From assembly GCF_009914755.1 (NCBI RefSeq), contig NC_060946.1: DNA of 64,000 bases. The stretch is one strand, 5' to 3'. Positions 13,031 to 27,721 of the stretch are shown here, piece by piece (within the stretch, counting starts at the first letter, position 1; the number at the start of each line of letters is the position of its first letter). Source of the DNA: the human T2T-CHM13v2.0 reference genome, Homo sapiens. Below the pieces are notes generated by a model that was not told the origin of the DNA, did no database searches, and was given only the letters and a program-made list of their open reading frames with translations. A program made the translations under genes and the position numbers.

Positions 13031-13499
13031 GCTTACGTGTCTACGTTTTGTTTTTAAAGAAAACGGATTCTTAACATTTTATGCGCATTATCCTGTTAAA
13101 TTCCCTTAACAACCTTACAAGGTGGTACCATAATCAACCTGGTTTTACAGGTAAAGAAATGAGTCTTAGAGAGGTAAATTATTTGCACCAGGTCACAGCT
13201 AATAAGGGGTGGAGGCAAGAGTCGACCGCAGGTGCACAAGCTCCTACCCTGGCCGGCTGCTCACTTGATTCCGTGGCCACTAGGCTTGATCTGACTCTGA
13301 AGCACTGGCAGTAAACTGAGTCAAGGCATACACTCAGGCTTCCACAAGACACATACATGGCCTGGGTACACAGGTTCACACACGCATCTACTACCTATGC
13401 AGGACGGGTACGGGGTACAGCCAACACCAACTGTCAGCCTATTCCAACGCACTGTCTAGCAAAATAGATCACAAGGCCTTAAGAATGCATAAAGGAATT

Positions 13500-14182
13500 T
13501 TATATATATTATAACTAAATTATAATATAGTAATATAGTTAATATATAATATAGCTAATTTGTAATATATAATATATATTATATAACTATGTATATATAA
13601 CTATGTTATTATATATTATGTGTATATAATATATTATGCTATAATATAATTATTATATAGCATAATTATATATTATAGTATATTATACTATAATATATAA
13701 TATAATATACTATATTATACTATAATATATAATATAATATAGGATTTATAATATATAATATAATATAGGATTATAATATAGTATAATATATGATATAATA
13801 TATAATATATAATATAATATGTAATATTATATAATATAGGATTTAATATAATATAGGATTTATTAAGTAAGCAATAAAGCAGTGTACAAATGTCTATATA
13901 TATCCAGATATAGTATATTTATATGATAATTATACTATATATCTGATATATAATATATTATACATAATAATTCAATTATTGTTATATAAAGTATAATATA
14001 TAATAATTCCATTTCTAGAAATAGATACTAAATAATCATAAAGTGATGCAAAAAAGCAGGTACCAAGATGTAATTAATTAATGTAATTGTAAAAATATAA
14101 TAATATGTAATGTATGATGTAATTATATATTATAATATAATATAACTCTATATACAATATGTCTGGATATATATATATCCAG
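13500..14182. repeat. AT-rich low-complexity (TA/TAA) region with inverted repeats and embedded local sequence copies
   Basis: Overwhelmingly A/T; see findings. Confidence 0.9.
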
Positions 14183-14476
14183 CAACATAAAAATGCCCAC
14201 ATGTTTTGGGCCAGTATTTCTACTTCTAAAATCTATTCTAAGGAAATATTTAGATATGAATGGAGATCTGTGCACAAAGATGTCCAGCATAATATAAGTA
14301 AGTAGAGAAACAGCCTAACTGCCCCAGTGACAAGGACATGCGCAGAACACTCTTAGATACCACTGAAAATCTTATTTATGATGAGTTTTTAATGATGTGG
14401 GGTGAGGGGGAAAGGCTCATCATATAACGTGAAGCTGAAAAAATGGAATATACAAAGTCATACAAAAATGAGTTCA

Positions 14477-14777
14477 GGCCAGGCGCGGTGGCTCAAGCCT
14501 GTAATCCCAGCACCTTGGGAGGCCGAGGTGGGCAGATCACAAGGTCAGGAGATCGAGACCATCCTGGCTAACATGGTGAAACCCCGTCTCTACTAAACAT
14601 ACAAAAAATTAGCCGGGTGTGGTGGTAGGCGCCTGTAGTCCCAGCTACTTGGGAGGCTGAGGCAGGAGAATTGCTTGAACCCAGGAGGCAGGGAGGTTGC
14701 AGTGAGCCGAGATCATGCCACTGCACTCCAGCCTGGGCGACAGAGCAAGACTCCGTCTCAAAAAAAAAAAAAAAAAA
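14477..14777 (+). mobile_element. Alu (AluSc/Y-like)
   Basis: gatcacaaggtcaggagatcgagaccatcctggctaac; TSD aa(a/g)aatgagttca. Confidence 0.95.
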
Positions 14778-15705
14778 GAATGAGTTCAACCATGTAAACA
14801 AAAAAATGTGCCCACCCACACACAAAGAGTGGAAGAAAATTTATCAAAATTTTAACTGTGTAACTATCGCTGAGTGTTGGGATTTGGGATTTTTATCATT
14901 ATTTTCACCTTTGTAGTTTGGCATATTTTCTAATCTACAATGAATTTCTGTTACTTGTGTAATCACAAAACATTTGAATAAGTTATGTACTATGGCCTAT
15001 TAAAATTACCTCCAGAATGTTGGTAGAAAATGTCTACATGTACCAAGAGGAGGTAATTTAAATATGACACTTTCGCTCCAATAAACTGTCCCATTTTAAA
15101 CCAAGAAGTATGCCATAAACTCTTCCCAAGACCATGATCAAAAACCACGACAGATGGAAAGGATTTATTGATGATGAATAAATTGCATTTTGCACAGAAA
15201 CCATCAGAATAGAATGCAGCTGGCTTCAGCTAAACCATCTTAAAGCTTTCCCTAAAGCAAGGCACCCCATTCAGATCCATTCAGTAGAAACATCACCTTT
15301 AGGGAAATAGTGCATCTCGTGATATTACTGGTTTGATTTTGATTCATAGGGATGCCAACGTCATAAATCTAAAATTAAAAGCTAATTTGTACCTGTTAAA
15401 AGAAGCTTTTTAAAAAACATTTCAACAAGAATCTGTTAAAACCTATTGCATGCACTATCTGAAATTGATAAAGTTCTTAAAATTTTTTAAATGCTAATAG
15501 CTATTAAAGTTATAGAAACATTTCTAATAATAAAAGTGTCAACTTTTCAGTCAAAAGAAGCAAATGCTAAAGGCAAATGCTAGTCACTAGAGGCAATAAG
15601 CAGTTATTTTTTTAAAGTTGAACCAACATAGGGTACGAAACTCTAAAAACATGAATGAGAACCAGAGTAGTCACTCACAAATACTCCTTTCAAAGACATG
15701 GCTGT

Positions 15706-16147
<442 letters not shown>

Positions 16148-16335
16148 TTAAGATTCAGAAACTAAAAGTTAAAATCAAAGTGCTTAAACACTTGACCCTC
16201 ACTTAAAATGATTGAGTTGAAAACTGTAAAGTCGTTAATTTATTTAAACCATATTTCACTTGCATCTCTTATTAGGAATACTGAAATTTCCCAACATAAA
16301 GAGAAAACCAAACAGGAAGTTGTTACAAAACTCAC

Positions 16336-16503
16336 CCTACAGTTCTCTTCAATCAGATCAATAAACATGCTGGTGTTGACCACTCCAGTGTCCCCAGGGT
16401 CAAGCATTTGCATTAGTTCTTTGAATTCTGAATCGCTTAGTTTTACAGCCATGCAATTTAGAATATATCGAAATTCTTCTCTTGTTATCGGTCCATCGGG
16501 TTT
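16336..16503 (-). CDS. EFCAB6: EFCAB6 coding exon E (168 nt, phase 0->0): KPDGPITREEFRYILNCMAVKLSDSEFKELMQMLDPGDTGVVNTSMFIDLIEENCR
   Basis: Acceptor gatgctcag|AAA and donor AGG|gtgagt; clear EF-hand pair; overlaps ORF 16240..16452. Confidence 0.95.
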
Positions 16504-16668
16504 CTGAGCATCAGAGTGTATATAAGGGAATTTTTGAAAAAAAAAAAAAAAAGGAAGAAAAAGTGTTATGTATGTTTAGCATCATTTAATAAAGAGCGAG
16601 CTTTGGCCAAATAGAATTATGATTGGAAATGCAAATACATCGATTGATGATCCTTACATAACATGAGC

Positions 16669-16670
<2 letters not shown>

Positions 16671-16703
<33 letters not shown>
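16671..16703 (+). repeat. (TG)n microsatellite
   Basis: About 16 TG units, 170 bp upstream of the exon E acceptor. Confidence 0.95.
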
Positions 16704-16705
<2 letters not shown>

Positions 16706-17394
16706 GCTGAATGCTAGAACTTTCCAGGTGCAGTTCCTACAATGTTCTCTATCAGGACATGGCTTTGGGTGAGCAATGAGGCCCATTTCTCAAGCTCAGG
16801 TTGACTCCCTTCCCCAGGGGCTTGAATGGCTTGAACAGCTCCTCACTTCCCTACCCCACCTGAGAGCTGGGGGTTCAACCACATGGGGCACAAAACTTCC
16901 CAGCAGTTCAATTAGTTTGCCAATTTAGTAAGAATAAATTATGAGTGTTTTCTCCACCAACAGTCTCATCCATTACATAAATGGACAACTACTTTGCTAG
17001 AAAAATTTCAGCCATGCTGCATAAAGAAAACATATTATGAGCAAAATACCGTGAGAAAAAATTTCTTCCCCCAGAATAAAAATTTATCAATAAGTAGACT
17101 GAACACCAAAATTGAGAGATACTGTTTATTGGAAAGACAGGGTAAATAAAGAACCCTTACCTCATATGGAGACAGTGAATATTAACGTGACAAAAGGATT
17201 TATTAAGTAAGCAATAAAGCAGTGTGCAAATGTCAACTATTATTTGGGGGTCCAAAATCTGAAAAGAATATAAGGTTCTCTTGAGGGGTAAATTAAGTAC
17301 TTTAGGGGATATATGCATGCTTACCTTTTGAGAGTCATAATCAATTCTTTAATGCCTAAAGAGAAATCACTGACAGCTAAACTTTAAGTTACTT

Positions 17395-20160
17395 TAATAC
17401 ATTTAAAGCATTGTGTAACCATCACAAGGATCTAATTCTAGAATAGTTTCAGCACCCCCAGAAGAAATCTCGTGCACATTTGCAGTCTCTCCCCATTTCT
17501 TGCCCCAGCCTAAGGCAATGACTCCATTTTCTGTCTCTAGATATTTGCCTTTTTCTGGATATTTCATGTAAATAGAATCATAAATACATGGTTTCCTGCA
17601 TCTGGCTTCTTTCTCCTAACATAGTGTTTTTGAGGCTCATCCATGTTGTAGCATATATCAGTATTTTGCTCCTTTTTATTCCCAATCGGGCATTACATTG
17701 CCAGATTTTGTTTATTTTGTTACAAGTTGGTGGACATTTGGATTGTTTCCAGTTTGGAAATTGTGAATAATGTTGTTATGAACATTTGTTCACAAGTCTT
17801 TGTGTGGACATGTTTTTATTTCTCTTGGGCAGATACTTAGGAGTGGAATTGCTGGGTTCTATAAGTCACATTTAATTTTTATAGAAACGGCCATGCTGTT
17901 TTCCACAGTGGCTGTGCCATTTTGCATTTTCACTAGCAGTATATGAGAGTTCCAGTATCTCCACATATCCTTGTCAACACTTATTATTGTTTGTCTTTTT
18001 GATTATAGCCATCCTAGAGGGTGAGAAGTGGTATCTCGTGGCTTTGAGTTTCTCTAGTGATCAATACTGTCAAGTATCTTTTCACGGGTTCATAAAAGAT
18101 TGTATTGGCTGTTCACAGATCTTCTTGGGTAAAATGTCTATTAATATATTTTACCCATTTAAAAAATTAGGTTGTCTTCTTATTGAGTTGTAAAAGTACT
18201 TGTATGTTCTAGATACAAGTCCTTTACCAGATATATGATTTGCATATATCTTCTCCCAGTCTGTGGCTTGTCTTTTCACTTTCTTAAAGGTATCTTTTGA
18301 AGCATGAAATTTAATTTTGATAAAGTCCAATGTATCAATTTGTTTCTTTTATGGGTTATACTTTGGTGTCATTAAGAAATGTTTGCCTAACACAAGGTCA
18401 CAAAGATTTATATATGTTTTTCTTCTAAGAGTTTTATGAGTTTAGCTTTTATATTTAGATCTATTTGTGTATGGTGTAAGAGGTAAGGGACTGAATTCAT
18501 CTTTTTGCATATGGATATCCAATTGTCCTCTTAACATTTTAACAGATATTTTCCTTTCCCCCACTGAATTTGTCAAAAATAAATGGACCATAAATGTAAG
18601 GGTTTATTTTTGAACTCTCAACTCTGTTCCATTGATCTGTATGTAGGTCTTCAAACCAGTATCACACAGTCTTTACTACTATAGCTTTGCACTAAGATTC
18701 AAATTCTGGAAGTGTAAGTATTCTAACTTTGTTCTTCTTTTCCAAGATTATTTTGGCTGTTCTTCCACCTTTGTATTTCCATATGAATTTTCAGACAGCT
18801 TTTCAAAAGCAAAAAAAAAGAAAAAAAAAAGCCAGCTGGGATGTTGATAGGGTTTGCACTGAATCTATAAAGCAATTTGGAGAGAACTGTCATCTTAATA
18901 ATATTGTCTCCGATCTATAAATATGGAATGTATTTTATTTACATATTCTTTACTTTCCTTTAACAATGTTTTGTAATTTTCAGTATAAAAATCTGGCACT
19001 TCTTTTGATAAATTTATTCCTAGGTATTTTATTCTTTTTGATGCTATTGTAAATGGAATTGCTTTCAGAAGTTCCTTTTCAGATTGCTCATAGCTAGTTT
19101 ATAGAAATATAACTGATTTTTGTATGTTAATCTTATATTTCTGCAACCTTATAAATTCATTTATTAGTTCTAGCAGTATGTGTGAATGCACACATGCACA
19201 AATTCCTTAGAATTTTCTACACACAAGATTGTATCGTCTGTGTACAAAGACAGTTTTACTTCTTCCTTTTCAATCTTGATGCCTTTTATTTCTTTTTCTT
19301 TCTCGATTGGACTGTCCAGAACTCTAGCACAGTGTTGACTAGAAGCAGTGAGAGCTGACATTCTCGTGCTGTCCCTGATCTTAGGAGGAAGGAGTTCAGT
19401 CTTTTACCATTAACTGTGCTGCTGGCTATGGGTTTGTTGTAAATTCCCTTTATCAGGTGAAGGTATTTCTCTTCTGTTCTAATTTGTGGAAAGTTATTAT
19501 CATAAACAGGTGTTGGATTTTTCAAATACTGTTTTTGCATCTATTGAGATAATCATGTAGTTCTGTTCCTCACTCTACTAATGTTGCATATGACATTGAT
19601 TTTGGGGGAAGTTAAACCAACTTTGCAATCCTGGGATAAATCCCATGTGGTCACAGCACTTAAGCCTTGCCATGTGTTGCTGGATTCGGTTTGCTAATAT
19701 TTTGTTGAGAATTTTTGCAACTATAGTCACAAAGGATATTGGCCTGTGGTTCTTTTCTTGTGATGCCTTTGCTTGGTTTTGGTATCAGGGTAATACTGGC
19801 CTCAGAGAATGAGTCTGGAAGTGTTCCTTCCTCCTGTATTTTCTGAAAGTTTGTGAAGGAATGGCATTATTTCTAAGCAATCATTGTAGTCTTCAATGTG
19901 GAGAATTTGCATGTTTTTGTAAGACATATTTCTATGTATTTGATTTTTTAAAATGTTATTAGAAATAATATTTTAAAAATTCATCTTTTTCTAATAGTTT
20001 ATTGCAGTTTATAGAAATACTGTTGGTCTTTGTGTATTGACTTTGTATCCCATGACCTTCTAAATCCTATTATTAATTCTAATGTTTTCTGGGAAGATTC
20101 TGTTGGACTTTCTATTAACTAAATCATGTCAGCTACAAATAACAATATCAAGACTAGGTA
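17395..20160 (-). mobile_element. L1M (L1MB-like) 3' half: ORF2 RT remnant plus 3'UTR, same orientation as EFCAB6
   Basis: ORFs 19170..19361 (EKEIKGIKIEKEEVKLSLYTDD) and 19286..19540 are ORF2 RT-like. Confidence 0.88.
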
Positions 20161-20939
20161 AAAAGGCAGGATGCAAATTCCTTCTGGATGACTGAGAGGA
20201 AGTAAGCCACACCTGATTTAAATGTAAGTGATCACAGCAGTTGGGTCCACTTGCAGAGTTGGTGGCAGCATCTGGAGGCAGCACATATAGCAAATGGGAT
20301 GCATGCCTTGGCGTGGATCTAAAGCAGTCTTTTAAACATTCTGCATCCCTCTCTATAGCAGGAGAGAGATTTGTTTCCCATGACTGCCCTGAGCAGCCAG
20401 GCAAAACGCCCAGCCCTGCCCACTCCTGGCTCCCACCCTTATTCTCCTTCTTACCTAGTCCCCTCCGTAGTGGGGTGCATGGTGGGGGGATGGGAGGGGA
20501 GGGGAATCTCACTCTGAAACCATGCACTATGTAACTGTAAGGCATCTGATTGTTAATGCCATGATGTGATACCCTAGAGTGTGAGCTTATCGGCAAGGAC
20601 TTAGCATTAATCATTTGTGTGCTTAGCCTAAGTGCCCAGCACGGGGGCCCAGCATGGACTACGTACTCAATTCTTAACCTACACTGTCTGTTTATTGATC
20701 TCAAGTTGAATAGCACAACAATGACTTTTAAACAGTCTAATAGTTGGAGTGATTAGCATTATTGTATAGTCCTCCATTAAAGGAAATGAAGGTTTCCCTA
20801 TTTTTAATTAAATTACTTCTTCAGCATACTATTAGAACCTGAGTGGGGGTGGGTAACACACAAAGGCCTCGTTTATCTTTTCCCACGCGGCTCAGCCAGC
20901 AGGGTCCTGGGCAGCCCTGACCAGTGCTGGAGTGTGGCT

Positions 20940-21140
20940 GCTCTAGAGTCTGGTGGCCTCCAACACCACTATCTGGGTAGCCTCAGGCGGGTTACTTAGC
21001 ACAGAGGCCTCCTTTCCTCATCTGTCAGATGGAGATCATAATCATGTTTGCCTCACCAAGGTGTCAAGAGGATTTAGTGAGTGTATATATCGCCGAATCA
21101 TTTAAGACGGTGCCTGGCACATAGTAAGCACTCAACATTA
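20940..21140 (+). mobile_element. MIR SINE
   Basis: ctctagagtc...gttacttag...ctcatctgtcagatggagatcataat...gtgcctggcacatagtaagcactcaa. Confidence 0.8.
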
Positions 21141-22083
21141 TTGTTCATTCAGAGAGACCAAGTCACATAGGTGTAAAGATTCATTCAAAGAACCCCATGT
21201 TCCTGAATCCACACTGTGCTCGGAAATCCCATGCAATAGCATTCTAGTGCGGCAGAGGCAGGCGCTGGGGTCTCCACAGACAGCAAACCACAAACCTGGA
21301 AGCCACCCCCAGGCAGTGCTGGCTTCTCTCTGGGGCACCACCCTCCACTCCCAGACACTCCCTCCACGGCAGGTTCTAGGAGGCTGATGCTGAGCTAAGG
21401 GACACCTTTGGCCTCTGAAATCATCTGTACACAGTCCTGTGTGAGTCTCAGAAACAGTAATTCACCCTGCTCCTCACTGTTTACTAGAGCTTCAATTACC
21501 GAATGTGCTTAGTAAATGTTGCTGCGTATCAAAAGGATCCAAATGCTGCTTTCTAAAACAATATTAAAGTCAGACAGGAGCTAATGGTGAATGTGAGAAA
21601 AAGCAGGTTGCAAATTCATGAATTAGCCTCTCTTTGTAGTACAATTAAAAAATTAAGTAGGCTATTTTGGCACTAAGAAAATGCCCCTGTTTTGGGCAAT
21701 AAGTTGGTTATGAACTGATCAACTCTAGGTTAGGGTGGGGAAGGGTCACCAGGTCTGGGTTGTTTGTTAATTAAACAGTGAATGATGATCAGTCACTGCA
21801 ACTATTACGACCTTGCCACACATTGTTCCCATCACAACTGGCACCTATGTTACTGTATTGCAATTAATTTTCCATCGTCCGTCTTCCCAACTAGACTCAA
21901 CCCTTGAGGTCGGGGCTTCTATCCCTAAGTGCTCAGAATAATTCCCAGCATGTAACGGGGGCTCAAGAAGTGTTTGTTGGATGGATAAATGAACGAATAT
22001 GGAGTTGTTATTGGTCTTGTTCTGAGTGTTTGCATTCTTAGAAACAATGAGTGTTTCACAAGAGAAGGCTTTCAAAATCTTAC

Positions 22084-22192
22084 AGTGTTGATTATCAGTA
22101 ATGCTTTCTTCAGTGACGCAGAGTGATCTTCAGTGTGTCTAAATAACTTTGTGATGATGTTTTCCTTGTGAGATTCATTTCTAGAGTTGATG
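22084..22192 (-). CDS. EFCAB6: EFCAB6 coding exon D (109 nt, phase 2->0): INSRNESHKENIITKLFRHTEDHSASLKKALLIINT
   Basis: Acceptor ctaatcctcttgtag|C and donor ACT|gtaaga. Translated by hand; open frame with phases consistent with exons C and E. Confidence 0.93.
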
Positions 22193-23249
22193 CTACAAGA
22201 GGATTAGGAGAAAAGCAGGAATAAGATTATGTTCTTGAACTTTGTTCTTTTCTTAATGCAAGAAACAAGCACCCTCACCACAATACAGTAGAGCTTTCTC
22301 TGTGCGTGGCTCTTTTTCCTGACAGTGTGCTGCACTTGTGGGGCTCATCTGAACCTCAGTTACTGTGATCAGAGAGATGCCACGAATGCAGGGTGAGCCT
22401 TGCTGGACCATCTCCTCTCCCCACGAGACCAACTCATCGGCCATCTTGCACACCTGTGGTTTTGGTCTCAAACAAGACCAATAAAGGGACCATGGACCAG
22501 TGCTGAGACCTCAGTGGCTGGGAAGCTGGGAGCCCCCCCTCCTGTGTGTGCAGCACATTGTAGCTGTCTCATCCACATGATAACTGAGGGCACAAATTCC
22601 CTATTTAGAACTGCAAGGACAGCAGACTTCTCAGCCTCTCCCTTTCTGTTGACAATGACCATGATGCCCTACGTTGTCAGACCCCCTTTCCCTCTATGGC
22701 CTCTTTCATCCCTGAGCTCGGGGCCCGTCAGTGTACATGTGTGCTCCTGAAGGCCAGGACTACCCCCTCTGGAGACCAAAACCAAGTTCAATGTGGACTT
22801 GGCTCAGAAAGGGAGACTGTCAGAATCTCATCACAATATACCATTGGGTGCTTCTCTTTTCTGATGTTCTACTAGACCATCCTACCTTTCCCATGAAACA
22901 ATGAATGACAGTCAGTTTACCTGCGGAACCATTCTCAGATTTGTTTGGGAGTTTTTGTTGCTGCGTCTATACAGCCATCTTAGCTTCTTCCGTTTGTGCA
23001 GAAACAATAAGCCTACGCCTACCACCACTTTTCAGAAACATATGCTGGCTTCCTGAGTCTAAGCTCCTCACATGACTTGTTAGAACCTTCTTTTTCTATA
23101 GACGGCCAGCACTGGCATGAAGAGATGCTTTTTACAGCAGATTTTATCCACCGGGTACCCCTGACCTAGGGGCTGGAGAGCTCTTTGCTGTGGGGACTCA
23201 CTGCAGAGTGTTGAGCAGCATCCCTGGCCTCCGCCCACTAGATCAGTGC

Positions 23250-24727
<1,478 letters not shown>

Positions 24728-25805
24728 ATCAGTAGCTTCCCCACCCTCAGTGTGACAACCAAAAATGTCTGTGACATTGCCAGATATCTCCTGGGAGGAA
24801 AAATTGTCCCCATTTAAGAACCACTGTTTTAAAGTAAATAAAACTTTAAGTTTAATTCTGACAGCCTCTCTAGACAACGTGCTATTGGACAAGAAAATTA
24901 AAAAGAAACAGAAGTAACTTCACATAACGAATGAACTCAGAGGTTGAGCTCTGGAGCAGAGAGGGAGCGCTCTGATTACCTGCAAGGCTGTTAACAGGCG
25001 CAGTTCATTAAATATTCACAAATCCCCGAGACAGGGACAGGACCCACAAAATGGGAATTAACTCCATGGTATATTTTACTTTACAGTAGAGCACAGCACT
25101 TTCAATGAACGTGCCAAGATTATAAAGCCTGTTTTTTTCTTTAAGATTCATAGAGGGCAATGAATACAGGATACGCATCAACATAAAATACTTCTCAGAG
25201 CAGAAAGCTAAATTCTAAAATTTCATATTATTAAATTTTTTAAAAAACATTTTGGGGCCCCATCACAAGATATTTGGTATTGCAAATCTGAGGTTATAAT
25301 AGATATTAAAACGAAAACAGAAATAATGATAGACAAATAATCTCCATGACCCATGATATCTGGGCCACTCAGTGGCTGGAAAACAAATCAACATATATTG
25401 TTCCTTTCCATGTAACACCTAACAAATACACGTTTACCTACAATGTTACAAGGATATGCTTAGAGCTAGGGAGCAGTGCTTGCCGTGGCGGCCTGTGTGC
25501 CTGGAGCCTTTGTGGTCCATAGCTGTCTCCACCACACTCTGAGCAGGTGATGGAGTTCAGATTGTATCATCTTATGTTTCTCATCTAGAAATTGACATAA
25601 CAATTATACCAACCTTATAGTTTAAGGCAGTTTTCAATAAGAAAAATTTGTAAGCAGTAAATCACTATATAAAAGTTGGCAATTATTCAATGGAGACTAA
25701 TCGATCATTCAATAAATGCAGAAAAAGTAGCACAGATATTCTCTGATATTTTACATATTATGATATGTGTAACTAAAATTTGTTTTTTTTTTTTTTTTTA
25801 CATAC

Positions 25806-25916
25806 CTATTTCTTTTTGTCAGGGGACCTTTACTGCTAACTTGCAACCCCTGAGGCTCATGAAATGATGTTAGAAATTGCTTCCAATTGATTTTAGTGGT
25901 GGCTTTAAGTCCAAAT
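25806..25916 (-). CDS. EFCAB6: EFCAB6 coding exon C (111 nt, phase 2->2): FGLKATTKINWKQFLTSFHEPQGLQVSSKGPLTKRN(S)
   Basis: Acceptor ttttaaatccag|A and donor AG|gtatgt; inside ORF 25751..25957. Confidence 0.95.
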
Positions 25917-26236
25917 CTGGATTTAAAAGTAACAACAAAAAACATTACTTTAAACATTTTTTCTATAACACTGCATGGATTAGGTACTTAATGTTGAATT
26001 GAAAATGGCAGCAATGCATTTATATGAAGTTTCAAATCTAATATAAACAAAATCACTTAGTAAAATAGTACTACAAATTGATTTTTTAAAGCAAGGAAAA
26101 ATCAAACTGATATTAGATCTGCATGTCTCTATATTGTTAATGGTGGCATACACTGAAAGAAGAATCTAAGGGATTTGATTAAAATAATAATGTCCATAAA
26201 ATAATTCTTTCAAATTCATCATGTGAAGAGCCTCTA

Positions 26237-26730
26237 TGTTGTGGCAGGGAGGACAATGGCCCCCATGGGGTCCACCCTCTAATCCTGAGCCTCTGTGACT
26301 ACGTTCTTGCCCCAGCAAAGAAACATGGTAGATGTGGTGGAGGGCGGATCTGGAGATGGAGCAACTCTCCTGGTTTATCCAAGTGGGCCCACTCTAATCC
26401 CATACATTCTTAAAATTGGAGAGCTTTTCCTAGCTGCAGCCATCAAAAGACATGAGGACAGAAGGGCAGAAGTGTGACGCTGGTGGCTTTGAAAGACAGA
26501 GGAAGGGGCTGTGAACCAACAAATGCAGGTGGCCTCTAGAAGCCTCTAGAAAAAGCAAATGAATTTGCCCCCAGATTCCCCAGAAGGAAAAAAGCCCTGC
26601 TGATTCCTTGATTCTAGCCCAGTGGACCCATGTTGGGCTTCTAACCTACCAAACATGAAGATAATACATGTGTTGTTATAAGCCACTAGGCTCGTGTACT
26701 TTGTTATGGCAGCAATAGAAAGTTAGTATA
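26237..26730 (+). mobile_element. MaLR LTR (MLT1D-like), solo
   Basis: tgtggcag...aatggcccc start; gcaggtggcctctagaagc core; ttgttatggcagcaatagaaa end. Confidence 0.8.
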
Positions 26731-27686
26731 GATTTAAAGTCTTAGCAAGAATAATTGGAAAATTGTTCAAAAAACACATTTCCAAAGTGAATATGGTCCC
26801 ATGACTCAGAGTCCAATAATTTCAGAGTTATAAGATTCCTGTGGGAGCAACCTGATGTGAGCATGGGTTTCAGAAAGACCAGAGTACCTGCTCCTGCACT
26901 TCCTACTGATGTGACCTCAGACTCGCTGCTCACTATGCTGATTCTGTATTCCTCTCATCTGTAACATGAGAATAATACCACCTCCTAGGAGGGTTGTGAT
27001 AAGGATTAGAGCTAATAGGTCAAAAAGCCTCGGCTGCAGGCTGGAAAACCAGCAAGCATTCTATCACATACACTGACCTGTGTCACAAACACCTTCTGTG
27101 ACTTACACACTAAACCATGCCTATCCTTCCCTAACAGGATGGCAAAAAGTAGTTTGGGCTGAGTTCCTTAGATAATTGATGTGAGATCTCAAAGTGGGCA
27201 TGAAACAGACTGCCCTGTTTTGATTGCTAAAAATTAATGGCTGACAGCGAACTGGTTAGACAAACAAATTCTTTATCTACATCTAGGGTATTAAAAAATT
27301 CAGATAATAGAGGATAAAAGAGTGAATTCTGGGAGAAAATCTTTTGGTATGCTTGAGTCCCAACCCCACCACAAAAGAGAGAGTGAAGGATGCCTACTCC
27401 TCACCTGAAGCCTTGTTCCACTCAGGGAGCTTGATTCCTGTCACCTGCAATTGGGGGTGGGATGTATCAGTGCCTGACTCCCAGCTAGAAACCTTGCAGG
27501 TGAGAGATGAGCTGGCTAGCCATTGAGAACAAAAAATTTTGCGGGGGGGCGCAGGGCCGGAGGCAGGGGGTTGGTTGGATGGCTTGCTCTATCAGAGTCA
27601 TCAGGAAAATAACTGCTGAGAGTTTCATGGGGATCAGACGTGAGCCACGCGAGGGAGAGTGGGCCACGTGAGGGAGAGCACGTGCA

Positions 27687-27689
<3 letters not shown>

Positions 27690-27720
<31 letters not shown>
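27690..27720 (+). repeat. (CA)n microsatellite
   Basis: About 15 CA units. Confidence 0.95.

Positions 27721-27721
<1 letters not shown>

Noticed and set aside
20129-20716. 195-aa - strand ORF
   Set aside because: It has no recognisable homology, and exons D and E already join in phase without it.
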